A stretch of 63,928 nt of DNA, the filler included, from Cercozoa sp. M6MM (taxonomy: Eukaryota; Protista; Endomyxa: Ascetosporea): NCBI GenBank assembly GCA_040357565.1. It is 4 parts of 4 records of this genome, joined end to end, with 100 filler letters (N's around TTAATTAATTAA, not from the genome) between each part and the next. Parts side by side here need not be neighbours in the genome. Positions count along the whole stretch, not along the records: positions 1 to 23,349 come from JBDODJ010000172.1; 3 more parts are not named here. One strand, given 5' to 3'. The first letter of the stretch is position 1. Each line of letters starts with the position of its first letter. The notes beneath the pieces are model-generated. The model was not told where the DNA came from. It made no database searches and saw only the letters and a program-made list of their open reading frames with translations. Shown piece after piece: positions 1 to 12,096 of this stretch. The position numbers and the translations under genes are program-made.

Positions 1-1123
1 CAACACGAGCACTGACACACACACAACACGAGCACTGACACACAGCACGAGCACGAGCACTGCTGGCCATCAGAGACACAGTGACACAGCACACACGTGT
101 CGTACGGTTAGTGGCACCAGCTTACTGCAGGTGAAGTGTCAACTAAGTCTCAAAAAGCATGTCGCTCTCTGAAGAGAAGAGCGAATGTCCAAGTGACTGG
201 TGGATCACATGTGGACCACTTTGGACTTGCTTTAATCTATTGTGGACATTGTTATTTCTGCACTGTGAGATGCCTTTGGTGCAGTCTCAGTCACGCGGAT
301 CGTTCTGTTTCTTGGAACCTCAGTCTACCGACTACACTAGCCTCTCCAAAACGCGGTATGCCGGGAGATCAGAATGATCCTCATCTGGGCTGGCCCCTGT
401 TTTGACCAGTCAGTCTCTTGCTGCAGAGTGAACCGGAGAGACTCTCCGCTGGCCTGCGATACTTTTGCTGCATTCTGCAGCCAACGCTGGGCCCTCTGGG
501 TCGGCACGACACATGGTCGCAATTTCCGGGTCAATCACACAAAGCCCAGTCAGCCCAGAGCGTAGTACAGAGCAACCTGGATGTGCTTGATACATCTCGA
601 ACTATCCAAGATAACCAAACGCTCTAATCTGCGTCGCTAGAATGCTTGTTTCGGAAACGCTGCTTGTGTACAATAGCCACTTGACTTTCTGAGGAGGCGG
701 GGAGGGGTGTTTTGGCGTAGATTACACGGTTTCCGTCCGTGTTACTACTAAGAAGGCAGGCGGTTGCTGGATGCTTGTGATCTCGCGTGCACTGATCTTG
801 ATTACTCATTTTGACCTTCCGAATGTGATAGCTGAAACGATTCAGCTCCGAGTTTCGATTTCATTCGCGTGAGTACGCCAAGGAGCTTATGAGAGCTGAT
901 GACAGTACAATATCCGACAAGCGCAGCCGAAGTATGTGCTTTAGTCTTCATGTCCGCTCTGACCGTCCGGCGACGCTTCAGTCAGCACGTCCGGACCGGT
1001 ATCTCGCGTGAGTCCAAGCGCAAGCTAAACTTACTTTCGTTTATGAACGAAATATCGGCAATCATCTTTCAGTTCCCTCTACTATGGTGCATTATCTCGT
1101 TTTCTCCGACTTGCGTCTACAAG

Positions 1124-1430
1124 CTAGCATATTGTTGCGCTCTTCGACAATGAAGTCGAGCTGCTCTCCTCAGGGCCTACACGTAGTGTCAGTGTACATA
1201 GAGGAAGGCTTGTTCCACGGCACTGTAAGAATACGTACCCTCACTTTTGAGCACAGTGGTGGCAGCAGTGTCAGCGGTCGCAGAAGTTGTTTCCTCAGTG
1301 TGATCAACGTAGGCGAGTATCATGGACTCCACAAGTCGCACGCACTCCTTGGCATCGCGTGCTGCTGACATCATGCACGGCACCTTGCGACGCATCACTG
1401 TTGACAAAACACGTGTTTTTGCTAAAACAG

Positions 1431-1480
<50 letters not shown>

Positions 1481-1490
1481 NNNNNNNNNN

Positions 1491-1559
<69 letters not shown>

Positions 1560-2555
1560 TGTGTGTGTGTGTACAGTTGGGAGCAAAAACAACGGCCAGA
1601 TTGTGCGCGGTCATGAGGTTTTCGCTCTCGTGCTTGGAGACCTGAATTGTGGTATCTTTGCTTTCTTGTGTCGTCGAAAATATGTTAGAAAATGTTCACC
1701 TCTGCGAGGAAGCATAACAGACGGGCCAAAATCTCCTTTCGTAAATTGTTGAGTTCCAGTGGATCTGTGGCGAAGCAGGTAGCAATATATTGAAACTTAA
1801 TTAGCATTGAGCATGAAGGCAAAATGTACTGTCGGTGAAGTCGGTGGAAGTCAAGTCGGCACTCCGCACCAGTGCCATTGCTTTGTCTGTATGCATGTTT
1901 CCGTCATACTTTACTTGGATTAGTTATGACCAACTGTTTTTTACCGTATCGATCGAACGGAATCAAGGGTTCTGGCAACTCGCGAAAGTAGCGTTTGACA
2001 ACTCCTGTCGTATGGTATAAGTACGTAGAAAGTAAACACGACATACCAGACAGACAACATAAGTTCAGAAAGTGTGTACCAGCAATGACATGACAGTCGC
2101 GTTCGTTCCATTCCAGTTTCTGTCCAGACAATTCGCACAGTGCCATACCAGTCCAGTTTAACAAAAATTGCAAAGTCAGAACGCACAGGATGTCGGTCGG
2201 GGAAGTCGAGTGCTTGCACCGTCTGCAAAACTTCGCGCATATCACCGCTTTTCCTGTTCAGGTCATTATACTTTACAACGAAGAATAATGAGTGAACTGA
2301 AGAATAACCAACCGGAACAAGCCAGGTTCGTCAAGTGCAGATTGTTTCAGGTGCTCCATGGCGGCCCAAATGGGCTAAAGTTCAGCGGTGAACTGAGTTG
2401 TCAAAGCGAAACTCTAAAATCGACAGTACCCGAATGATGCCACTCGAGTGGGCCACCTCGATCGACACACCAAACAGACGCGCGTCCTGGATAACACCCG
2501 AGTGGCGCAAAGAGTCACGCGTCTCCTTTCGCGTCTTTAACACCTTCCGAAGCAT
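1124..2555 (-). CDS. RhoGAP-domain protein (multi-exon)
   Basis: Stitched exons give MLRKVLK...LFGVSIE...MEHLKQSALDEPGLFR...VVKRYFRELPEPLIPF...MTAHNLAVVFAPN, the canonical RhoGAP motifs. The C-terminus (KSEGPEESSSTSLSKSATIC*) is inferred via a GT-AG intron. Confidence 0.85.
1434..1570. repeat. (GA)n/(GT)n microsatellite in RhoGAP intron, with 10-N gap
   Basis: Directly visible; it creates spurious poly-SL and poly-ER ORFs. Confidence 0.95.
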
Positions 2556-2595
2556 TCTCTAAAACACACAAACAACAGGTTCATTTAAATTTCAA

Positions 2596-3336
2596 TCAGC
2601 TTTTCTTTACCTGAATGCTTGTGGGTGTTTTCGGCGTTGGCAGTGGTTTTGGTGTCGGCTCGTTATCGCTTTCGTCGGGAATCTTGAGTTCGGCGAGATG
2701 CGGTTTGTGTTGCTTCTGTTCCATGATCAGCAGCACAATTTGCATGTGCTTGTTCGTGCCGGCGTGCTCCTCGGGCAGGTACAGAGAGGGAGGACCCGAG
2801 CGGACATAGACTGCACTCGGGGCCACTATAAGAATGGCTTGCACCATTTTGATCGCACCTGCTCAGTGGGAAGACACAAACTGTCTGGTCAAACCATCAC
2901 GTTTCAGTTCAATTTATTTAGTTTGATAGATTTACCCTTCTCGCAAGCCAAAGTCAGCGCAGTGTGCCCATCCTAAAACATCGCAAAGTCACCTGTGACG
3001 CAAAGTTTAAACACTGTGCAAACCTTGGCACGGGTGAAGCAGATTGCGCGTCGAACCTCGTCGCGCTCGCCCTGGATCAGTTCAGTGTGCAACTGAAAGA
3101 CGGCACGGGATCTCAGAAGCTATTACCTGAAGAAGCTGCGAGAACTCTGCGTCGTTGTCGCGATCGATGGCTTTGCATAAAAGCTCCGACAACTACAGGT
3201 ACCGCAATACTTGATTGTCGATCGTATTGTGGTCAACGATCAATCACGGTGGTCAAAACGCTCTTTGAAAATTGTGCGATCGCACAAGATAAGCACTGAT
3301 CATCGCAATTTAGCACAAAAGACGAGGCGTAGTCAT
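2596..3336 (-). CDS. Small ankyrin-repeat protein (multi-exon, start uncertain)
   Basis: Spliced DGHTALTLACEKG|AIKMVQAIL matches the ankyrin consensus; upstream exon reads LSELLCKAIDRDNDAEFSQLLQ. Confidence 0.65.
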
Positions 3337-3632
3337 CACATGCACAATGGGACACACGACATCTTCACGCGATCGCGTGGCGCGTGCAAATCGAAAAAAT
3401 GGTCATTATTTTGCTGAAAGCAAATATCTTTCGTTTCAAAATACCTTGTTGCGTGTCTTTCGACGCAAAAACGACATGCCTCGTTCAAGGACCACCGTGT
3501 TGTTCGGTTAATGCCCGATCGCGTGCAAATATATTCTTTTAAAAAGTCCCGTCGTTCCAGCGGTGGTCTTATCTCGAGCGATAAGCAAACAACAGAAAGT
3601 GAGAGTGTGCTACTTATAATACGCAGTTATAA

Positions 3633-4451
3633 ATGCCCAAGAAGTCGTCTATTACGCTGGGTGTGCTGAATGCGAGTGTTTCCAAAATGATTGTTCGATT
3701 GGCCGTTGTGTTGTTGCACACAAAACATCTTCTTTTCTGTGCAGAGTTCCATCTCCGATGCCGTCCAACTGATGTGTTTGAGGCACTGACCAGTGAGCGC
3801 TTCATCCGCGCGTACACTCAGTCGGAGGCGTCGGTTGACGTAGGCAGTTTATCGAAGTGACATTGTGTGTGTGTTTCGTATCGTGCTGTACTGTGATTTC
3901 GCAGGCGACGGAAGGCGGCAGTTTCAGCATGTTTGGCGGCAGTTTGGTAACCTTCCGTTTTGTCTTTGTTTCTTGTGACACGATGTGATTATCGACCTGT
4001 GTGCACAGACTGGTCAGTTTGAAAGCCTCGTGCCGGGCGAAAGCATCGTGCAGACCTGGCGTTTCAACAACTGGAAGGACGACGACGTGTCGCGCGTGCA
4101 CATTACACTGACCGCACAGAGTCACGGACACACTGTGGTCACTCTGAAGCACACTGACATTCCTGAAGTTGGTAATCTTTGCTACATGTACTGTCTCTAT
4201 TGCTATCGTACACTATATCCCTACGGCAGATAAGTACGGCAACGATGATATTGCCAAGTTTGTCTACCGGTACTCTTTCGCTCGACTGACTTTGTCACGT
4301 GCTCTTGCGTACATGTATGTTTCTGTTTCGGCACAGTGGCTGGGTCGAACGCATCTTCCGAAGCATCGCCAACGTCTGCGGCTTTGGACTGCTCAAGGCG
4401 CCCAAGATCCTCGACGGCCCTGCAGCGCTTGAGGCCAACAACTACTCCTAA
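3633..4451 (+). CDS. Activator of Hsp90 ATPase (AHSA1/START-like C-terminal domain) protein
   Basis: Exons: CRPTDVFEALT...GGSFSMFGGSL|TGQFESLVPGESIVQTWRFNNW...VTLKHTDIP...GWVERIFRSI, ending in TAA at 4451. Confidence 0.85.
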
Positions 4452-4591
4452 ATTGACGCGACTGGGCTACCGTAATCTGTCGAGTTACAGTATACGGATC
4501 TTTATCTATACACAACTGACGTGACTTGCAGTCGTATCGTCAGTCAGAACTGACGTGACTTACAGCAGATGATGATCGATCAGTCAGTTTG

Positions 4592-6602
4592 TTAAGCCAC
4601 AGAACTGCTAGTGTCCTGACTGTCCGTGTCCTTAGGTGAGCCCAGAGCACTAGCAGCAGGTTCAGCATCAGCCGGGTCGGACTCGGCGGCGCCAGTGCAG
4701 TGCCGTTTGGCATCAGGCTGGTCCAAGTCTCCGAGTCGCTCGCGTCGCCTGGTCTCTTTCTCGCGGTGCTTCTTGAGTCGCTGGAGGCGCCGGCGGTGCT
4801 TGCGACTCTGCAGGTGCGTCTGCCAGGCCTGCTCGCCGTGGAACTCGCGCTGACACTCCTCGCAGAAAAAGGCCGTGTGCGTGGTGTCGTTCTGCGCGGC
4901 CTTGGGTGGCGGACGCGGCGGCAGGTCCTGCTCCGCCTGCGCGAGGACGTCGTTGACCCACTGCGGCAGCTGCGGCGTCTCGTCGTCAGTCATGACGGCA
5001 TCGGCGATGGCCAGGGCAGGTTCCAGCACCTTCTCGGTCCAGACCTGCCGATCCACGTTGCGAGCATCCAGACGGAACACTCGGACCGGTGCTGTACAAG
5101 TCAAACGAATGAGTCAAAAACGAATGATCAAAAACGAATGAGTCAAAATGAATGAGTCGAAACTAATGTAGAACGAGAAATGCAAGGTGCAACAAAACGA
5201 GTATACCGCCATGAGACAGACGCGAACGGATCCACTTGATCTGCCGCTTGGCGTACTGCCGTGTGCGCAACTTGAGAGTGTCGATGCACTGCTGACGACA
5301 CTGTGCGAGAGCACCGTCAGTGTCAGTCAGCGATGCGACCTGTTCTTCGAGGGTCGTAGTCTCGAACAGACTCGGCAACAATTCGCGCGCCATCGCGGCC
5401 TCTTCCTTTCTGATTTGCATTCTGCTTTTGCTTTTGCCTCCGCTCTCTTCGCTTTCGTCTTCGCTGGTGCTTTCGTCTAGTTCGCGAAGCAGTTGGAACT
5501 CGCGCTTGAAAAGCGGCAGGAACTCCTTGAGACCGATGGCTTGCAGCACACCGGGAACACGTGCCTCACCGTCGATCACGTGGTGCGCACCAGTCAAAGA
5601 GAGTCGCGACTGGTCAGCGCGCACAGGCGTCCGCGCGGTCGGGTCGTCACTCACGTCGGACCAGTACAGGAGACCTTGCCCGACAAGGTGCCAGGTGATG
5701 GCACGTGCCTCCTCAATGACACCGTCAGTCACCATGCGATCGACACGCTGATCGATGCGCTGCTGCAACTCGTCAGTGTCGGCATCGAGCCACAGCACCG
5801 TCGTGTCAAAGTGCTCGGCACCGTAGCGACCGCCATGCTGGTCGCGCAGTTCCGACGACCGTCGGCCGTGCTTAACGAAAGTGCGCAGTGCATTCATCAC
5901 GCGTCTGCGGTCGTTCGGGTGCAGCTGCGCCTGTGTTACCAACCGTCATGAGGTCAGTCAGCAGCTTGATTGCTAGTACACCAAAAGAACAGAGGTACCG
6001 CAGTCGCAGCATCGCGTCTCTTGAGCAACTCAAAGATATGCCGGTTGTCCATTGCACTCAAGGCACTGATTTCGCCGTGTTGAGCTTCCGTGAGATCCTG
6101 GTATGCATGCTGCTTTTAAAAAAGAGAACAAAAGAGGATCGAATAGAGTGAGTGGAAACGTACTTGATTAGTCAAAAGTCCGTGGGAGTCGCTGCCGAGC
6201 CACGAGCGGAACAGCAGTGCCTCCGTGTACAGAAAGGTACCACCCACAACGATCGGCACTTGGTTCTGCTCGTGCAGTGCGTGCACCACCGGCAGCGCCG
6301 TGCGCGCAAACTCATGCGCGTTGCAGCTTTCGTGCAGCTCCTTGAAATTGATGCAGTGGTGCGGCACGCCCTGCGCCTCCTTTGGCGTCACTTTCGCCGA
6401 CCCAATGTTGAAGTGACGGTACACCTAGCGAGACGCACCCAGTTGATCGCATCGAAGACTGGTAACAGCCCAAAACTACCTGCATGGAGTCTGCCGAGAT
6501 GATTTCGGCGCCTGGGATGCGACGTGCCAGCGCGACACCGAGCTGCGTCTTGCCAACGCCCGTCGTGCCGACCACGGCCAAGACGCGCCGGCGCACACTC
6601 AT
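4592..6602 (-). CDS. TRIT1: tRNA dimethylallyl(isopentenyl)transferase with C-terminal zinc finger
   Basis: P-loop GTTGVGKT, IISADSMQ|VYR, IVVGGTFLY, QAIGLKEF, TRQYAKRQIKW and a C-terminal CEEC...WQTHLQSRKH zinc finger. Confidence 0.93.
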
Positions 6603-6923
6603 ACTGGCCCAAGTGCACCAAACTGCACCAAAATCTAGTTTAACACCAGTTTAGCGCTCCCAGGATCTACGCGCGACAATTAGCGAATGGAAACGTCAGG
6701 TTCGCTCTTCGTTTCAACTTCGCTCAATTCGTGCCTCTTGCGCTTAGAACGCAGACGTCGCTACCAATCTTAGTTAGCCTCGTACAGGCATGATTTTGGT
6801 GGTTAACGTAAAAAACAAAAAACTGGCGCGCATGCGATGTTGCCTTGGATGTCAGTGATGGTGAACCGACAGCGATCAATCATCGTTCATCTAGACTTGG
6901 CTGCCAGGAACTGACTGCATGGC

Positions 6924-7502
6924 TTATCGGTTTTGTTCCTGCTTAAGGTCCGACACGAATTATCTCATTGACACAGGAACCGTGCACGAAAGAACACAAA
7001 TTACCGCAGCAACGTCGGCAACGGACTGGTTGACAATCTGCATGGCGTTCTCGAACTTGTTCCTGCGCGCAAAAAAGAAGCAAAAGTAAGTACAATAAAA
7101 GTAAGTACAATAAAAGTAAGTACAATAAAAGTAAGTACAACAAAAGAAGTCAAAGACACGGAATTGCATTTTCTTTTAATCAAAGCGACATACCAGCAGT
7201 CGTCGAGGCAGTTGGGATCGGCATTGCGGTCAAAGCACGCCTGCATAGCGGATGGGATCGCTTTTGAGCAATAAAGGTAAAGAACAACTCACGGCAAAGC
7301 ACTTCTCGTGGGCCATCTCCATGATGCGCTGCGCCTGCTCGTAGCGCATGGCCTGCGAAAATACAAACAAAAATACAAACAAAGGTATCACAACTGTTAA
7401 CACAAAACATAAACATGAACACGACTACACAGGCCGTGTCTATAACGAGGCAATTGTCAATATTACGAGGTGCGCCTGCTGCATCTGGTCCTGCACGTCC
7501 AT
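6924..7502 (-). CDS. Small Tim mitochondrial intermembrane-space chaperone (Tim8/9/10/13 family)
   Basis: Five short exons: MDVQDQMQQAHL|AMRYEQAQRIMEMAHEKCFA|ACFDRNADPNCLDDCW|NKFENAMQIVNQSVADVAA|QEQNR*; twin CX3C motif. Confidence 0.75.
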
Positions 7503-7798
7503 TTTGCGTCCCTGCGACAGCACCAACCGAATAAAAATTGTGGACACACAATCCAGGTTCGCAAAACAAGCACACAACAGCAACGACGTGTCAGGGGTGT
7601 GACTTACGGTATATGGCGGGCAGCACTCGCTTGCACTATCGCGCAAGTCGTCAATGTTCACATTTTTTGTTAAAAAAATCGGGACCAATCGGTACAGTAC
7701 AAACCCACTATCCTCTGGTAAGAATGGACTCAAAATAATAAGGAAACGAATCCAGCTTGACGCACGACGACAGGCACGCTGGTGCAACTCGTCGCAGG

Positions 7799-8977
7799 AT
7801 GTCGTTCATTGCCTTGACCCGCAACGCGTTAGTTTTCCCTCCGTGTGACGCGCAGGCCGCTCGGTCTGTGCACAGTTTTGGCTGCCGCAGCCAGGTCGGC
7901 ACATGCCCTCTCGCACTGCTCGTGTGTCTGTGTAGCGAGTGATTCAGTGCAACAAAGCAAAAGAAAGCAACATTTCTCGCGATGTTTTTGCTTTGTTTTT
8001 GATTTTGCATTTGCAAGTGCATAATTTTTGCTTCGTGGCCTTTGAATATTGTTGTTTGGCTGTGGCAGCGCACGACAGGGCCGTCGTGCTCTGTCGTCGC
8101 GCATGGAGCGTATCGACCACTACGGCAAGCAGTTTGCTGATCAGGTACCCTGTGCTTGTGCTTGTGTACCTATGAAATTTACCTTGAGATTCGTTCTTGT
8201 GTGACAGACGGGCGCCTCGCCGCTGCAGGCCTTCAAGTTCGGTGAGCAGATGGCCAATGAGGACGAGCGCAAGCTGACGGACATCCCCGAGCACATCCAG
8301 CGCAAGCACTTTGACGATATTGTGGTGCGTAGCCATCGACTGGTGTGCTTTCAGTCGTTCGTGTGTGATGTGTTTCGTTTTCGTGCTGCAGGACCGTGAG
8401 TCGAGCGACGAGCGCTATGGCAAGCGATACCTGCTGCAGACGGGAACCAAGGTGCCGATGGTGGCCATGGGCCGCATGGCCGTGACGACGGCGCTGGGCT
8501 ACCTGGGTCTGGCTGCCGACGCCATCGCTCTGGCCACGATCGAGGTCAACATCGCCGACATCGCGCCGGGTCAGACGCTCGTGTGCTCGTGGCGTGGCAA
8601 GCCGATCTTTGTGACGCGCCGCACGCCCGAGATGATCGCCGCCGCCGAGGCCGACGACAGCGCCGAGCTGCGCGACCCGCAGACCACGGCCGAGCGCTGC
8701 GTCAACAAGCAGTGGATGGTGCAGGTCGCTGTCTGCACGCACCTCGGCTGTGTGCCGCTCATCGGCGCCGGTAACTGGGGCCACGTCGGCGGTCTCTTCT
8801 GCCCGTGTACGTTTCTCCCCACCTGTCCTCAGAAATGCTCGCTTATGTCCCCATGCGCGCACAGGCCACGGCTCGCACTACGACGGCGCAGGCCGCATCC
8901 GTATCGGCCCGGCCCCGCTGAACCTCGAGGTGCCCAAGTACTCGTTCCCGGATGAGAACACGCTCCTCATCGGTTAA
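7799..8977 (+). CDS. UQCRFS1: Cytochrome bc1 Rieske iron-sulfur subunit
   Basis: [20 protein letters not shown]|HGSHYD and [10 protein letters not shown] motifs; Arg/Ser-rich N-terminal presequence. Confidence 0.96.
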
Positions 8978-9232
8978 ACCTCTCCCTTCCGTACGGTGCT
9001 CTTCCTTCGTTTCGCTTTCGGTTTCGGTTCCAGTTTCGCCCACCGCACGCTTTTCTGTTGGGCGCCCAGCTCTTTTTGTTACCTAAATCCACTAAATATG
9101 CACGAATCAATTTATTGTTTTCGATCGTGAGCGGGTCCGTTGGTCGGTCGGTGTCCCAGCTCAAACCAGTCTGTTTTTAACGTTACGTGTAGACTCAACT
9201 ACTAACGACAAATCTAGTGTCTTTGCTTGCGA

Positions 9233-11890
9233 CTACTCGTCCGCAGCCCAGAGCTCGAAAGCAACCAGCGCGTTTTTGGCCTTGGGCACGGGCTGCCATC
9301 GGCCGAGTTTCTCGTCTCGTCCCTGCAGAAAAACAAACACGTATCTTTGATGCGTATTTTTGGTGCCCTAATGTGCACGCACACCATGAAAGCAGGGGCT
9401 ACCACAGCAGCGAAGAGTTGCCGCCCATCGCGCGAGAAGGTGAGTGCGTTGACCCAGCCCTTGAGAGGCAAGGCCAGCGTTCGCAGCGGCAGGAGTTTGT
9501 TGCGCTTGGTGTCCACCTTCCAGAGCTTGATGGTTCCGTCGCATGAGCCTGTATCAAACCCAACACAGTGAAAGGTAACGATAACGAACACAACAAAACA
9601 CAACAACAAAAGGACAACTGAAAGAAGTACCACTGGCCACGAGATCGGTGTTGAAGCAGGCCGCAATGGCGGAAACGCCGTGACCGTCATGTGCAGCAAG
9701 CACACCGTGCACCGGCTTCTTTTTCATCGTGCTCCACAGGCACACGGCGCCGTCCTGCGCGCACGTCACAAACAACTGCTCCGACACGAACCGCACGCAC
9801 TCTGTACACTCATGCAGACAACACAGATATAGACACACACATACAGATAAACGTACAGACATAGACACAAAGACACATAGACCCGCTTGGCACAGCCAAA
9901 AAGACAGGCGAGAGCAGGTACCGATGATGCCGCGGTGACCTCTGAACACGAGCTGCGTCTCATCGGCCACCTTGAAGATGCGAGCCGTCCGGTCGGCGCC
10001 ACACGTCAGCACGCGGCGCTTTCGCGGCACTGGCAGTGTCTGAAAGGGGAGAAATGCCAAAAGCAAAAGAAAGGACACAACAAGGAGAAACACGACGCAC
10101 CTGCAGGGCCGTGACATCGTCCTGATGGCCGTACAGCGTGTCCACTGAGTCCAGCTGCCGCAGTGAGAACACTCGCAACGAGCGATCGGCGCCCGTGCTG
10201 AACAGGAGTTCCTGCGAGGCCGCAGTCTGTGCACAGTCACCCAAGTAAAGTTTAGCCAAGTCAAGTTCAGCACAACGAAGCACAGAAAGAGCGCACCTCG
10301 CCAACGCCGCCGGCCATGGTGTCCAGTGCCAGCACCGAGTCTCGGTGCGCTTTTCTGAACACGTGTTGCAACTGCATACCGCCGTTCCACAGCTGCACAC
10401 AGGGCACACGAGCAGAGATACACATAGAGGTCAAGTCAAGTCAACACAGAGGTAGAAAACACAAGAGGTAGGACACGAAAGGTGAGACAGGAAGGCACCT
10501 CATCAAAGTGGCCAGTGGAGCGGCCCGACACGCGGCGAATCTGGTGCTGCTCCTGTCCAACGTCCGAGGTGCGCACCTTGGTACGCTTCAGCAGAGCATC
10601 GACTTCCTCCGTCGACTCTGACTGCTGCTGCCGGGGTTGCATCTGCTGTGTCGTGTCGCTGCTCTCCTCGTGCTCTTTCCTTCTCTCCGAGTGCGTGTCC
10701 CACACGAGAATGTTCCTGCCAAAAAAAGTGCACATAGGGGAGTGCACACAAACATCAGGAGGGAGACATAAAGCACACCTGTCAGCGCCTGCCGACAAGA
10801 GGAAGCGCGAGTCCTGCGACAGCGCCAGTGCGTACACAGCACCGCGGTGACCGGCCTGCTTGGGCGATCGCAGTGTTCCTATCCAACACAAGGTACTTCC
10901 TGCCTGTATATTGTATCTGAGGATACCATGAAGGAAACGCTTTCCTTCATGCCTGTAAAGCTGGAGTACCATGAAGGAAACGCTTTCGTTGGAAGCTGCG
11001 CGTGCAGTACTCTGAGACACTGCCGCTCTTAGTACCTAGGAACACCGAGGGAGACGTGTCCTGTGCACATGCCACAATGCCACAATACACATACAATAAT
11101 ACACATACAATAATACATACAATAATACACATACAATAATACACATACAAAGCAAAAAACTTGAATACAGCAGGGCCTTCGTCCTGCACGGTGACACACG
11201 TCGGCGTCGCCTTCAGTCGCTTCACCGTGTGCGACACCTCATCGCCTGATCAACATCAGCCATCCGATGCAGGTTCAGTCACACAACAGCAAAAGCTGTA
11301 AGCTGTAAGTACCGATGCGATCACAGATCGGGACGAACAACTGATTCTTTGAGGCCAGAAATTGTCTGGAACAAGCACATAAAATTCAATAAAACAGGCG
11401 AGCACACAATCGACAAACTTAAAACTCAAAGCGCACCGCTGAAGCTCAGCATCGACTGCATCGCGTTTTTCGACCAGCTCATTGCCTTCCTCCTCCTCGT
11501 CGTCATGCACGACTTGCAAAAGAGGGCCACTTTGGATCTGCTGCAGGTACTCCTTCGCCTTTCGCACCTTCACCTCCTGCACACAGACACAACACAGATG
11601 AGTGAACACAATGAAAACAACAAGAAATTAAGCACACCTCGCGAGTCTCTTGCACCTCCGTTTCCGAAAACTCCTCCTCGCTTTCCGAGGCGATTTCTTC
11701 GTCATCCTACGCGACGAAAGTAAACGGTGTTTAACAACAACGCACAAAGCACGTGCCACGATCAAGGATCAAGAAGGCCAAAACGGAATAAATGGTGCAC
11801 CTCGACCTTTCGACGACGCTTCTGTTGAGGCTGCTGCACATCCACGTCCAGCAGAAACGACTTGTTCTTCCGACGCTTGCCGGCGACCAT
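9233..11890 (-). CDS. RRP9: U3 snoRNP WD40 protein RRP9/U3-55K
   Basis: Basic N-terminus, VRKAKEYL, GHRGAVYALA, LYGHQDDV, KVADETQLVFRGH, GSCDGTIKLWK and EKLGRW...AKN C-terminal motif. Confidence 0.88.
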
Positions 11891-12096
11891 CACGCGCGCC
11901 GATTATCTCAAAAGAAAGAAAACGCACTAAAATCGATCTAAAACACGTCTCGCGCACTAACGGTGGGTGCGGCACAGGTGTGTATACCCGCGTGGCGTTG
12001 ATCAAGCCCCTCCGATTTCTGGGGCTCAGGCTCAGGTTGAGCCGGTGGCTTCAGCCGTTCTCTGTGGCGTACGGCACATCTAAAATTGGAGTGAAA

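Noticed and set aside
1-1100. Possible gene(s) at the window start
   Set aside because: Exon-like pieces exist, but no coherent reading frame or family could be supported.
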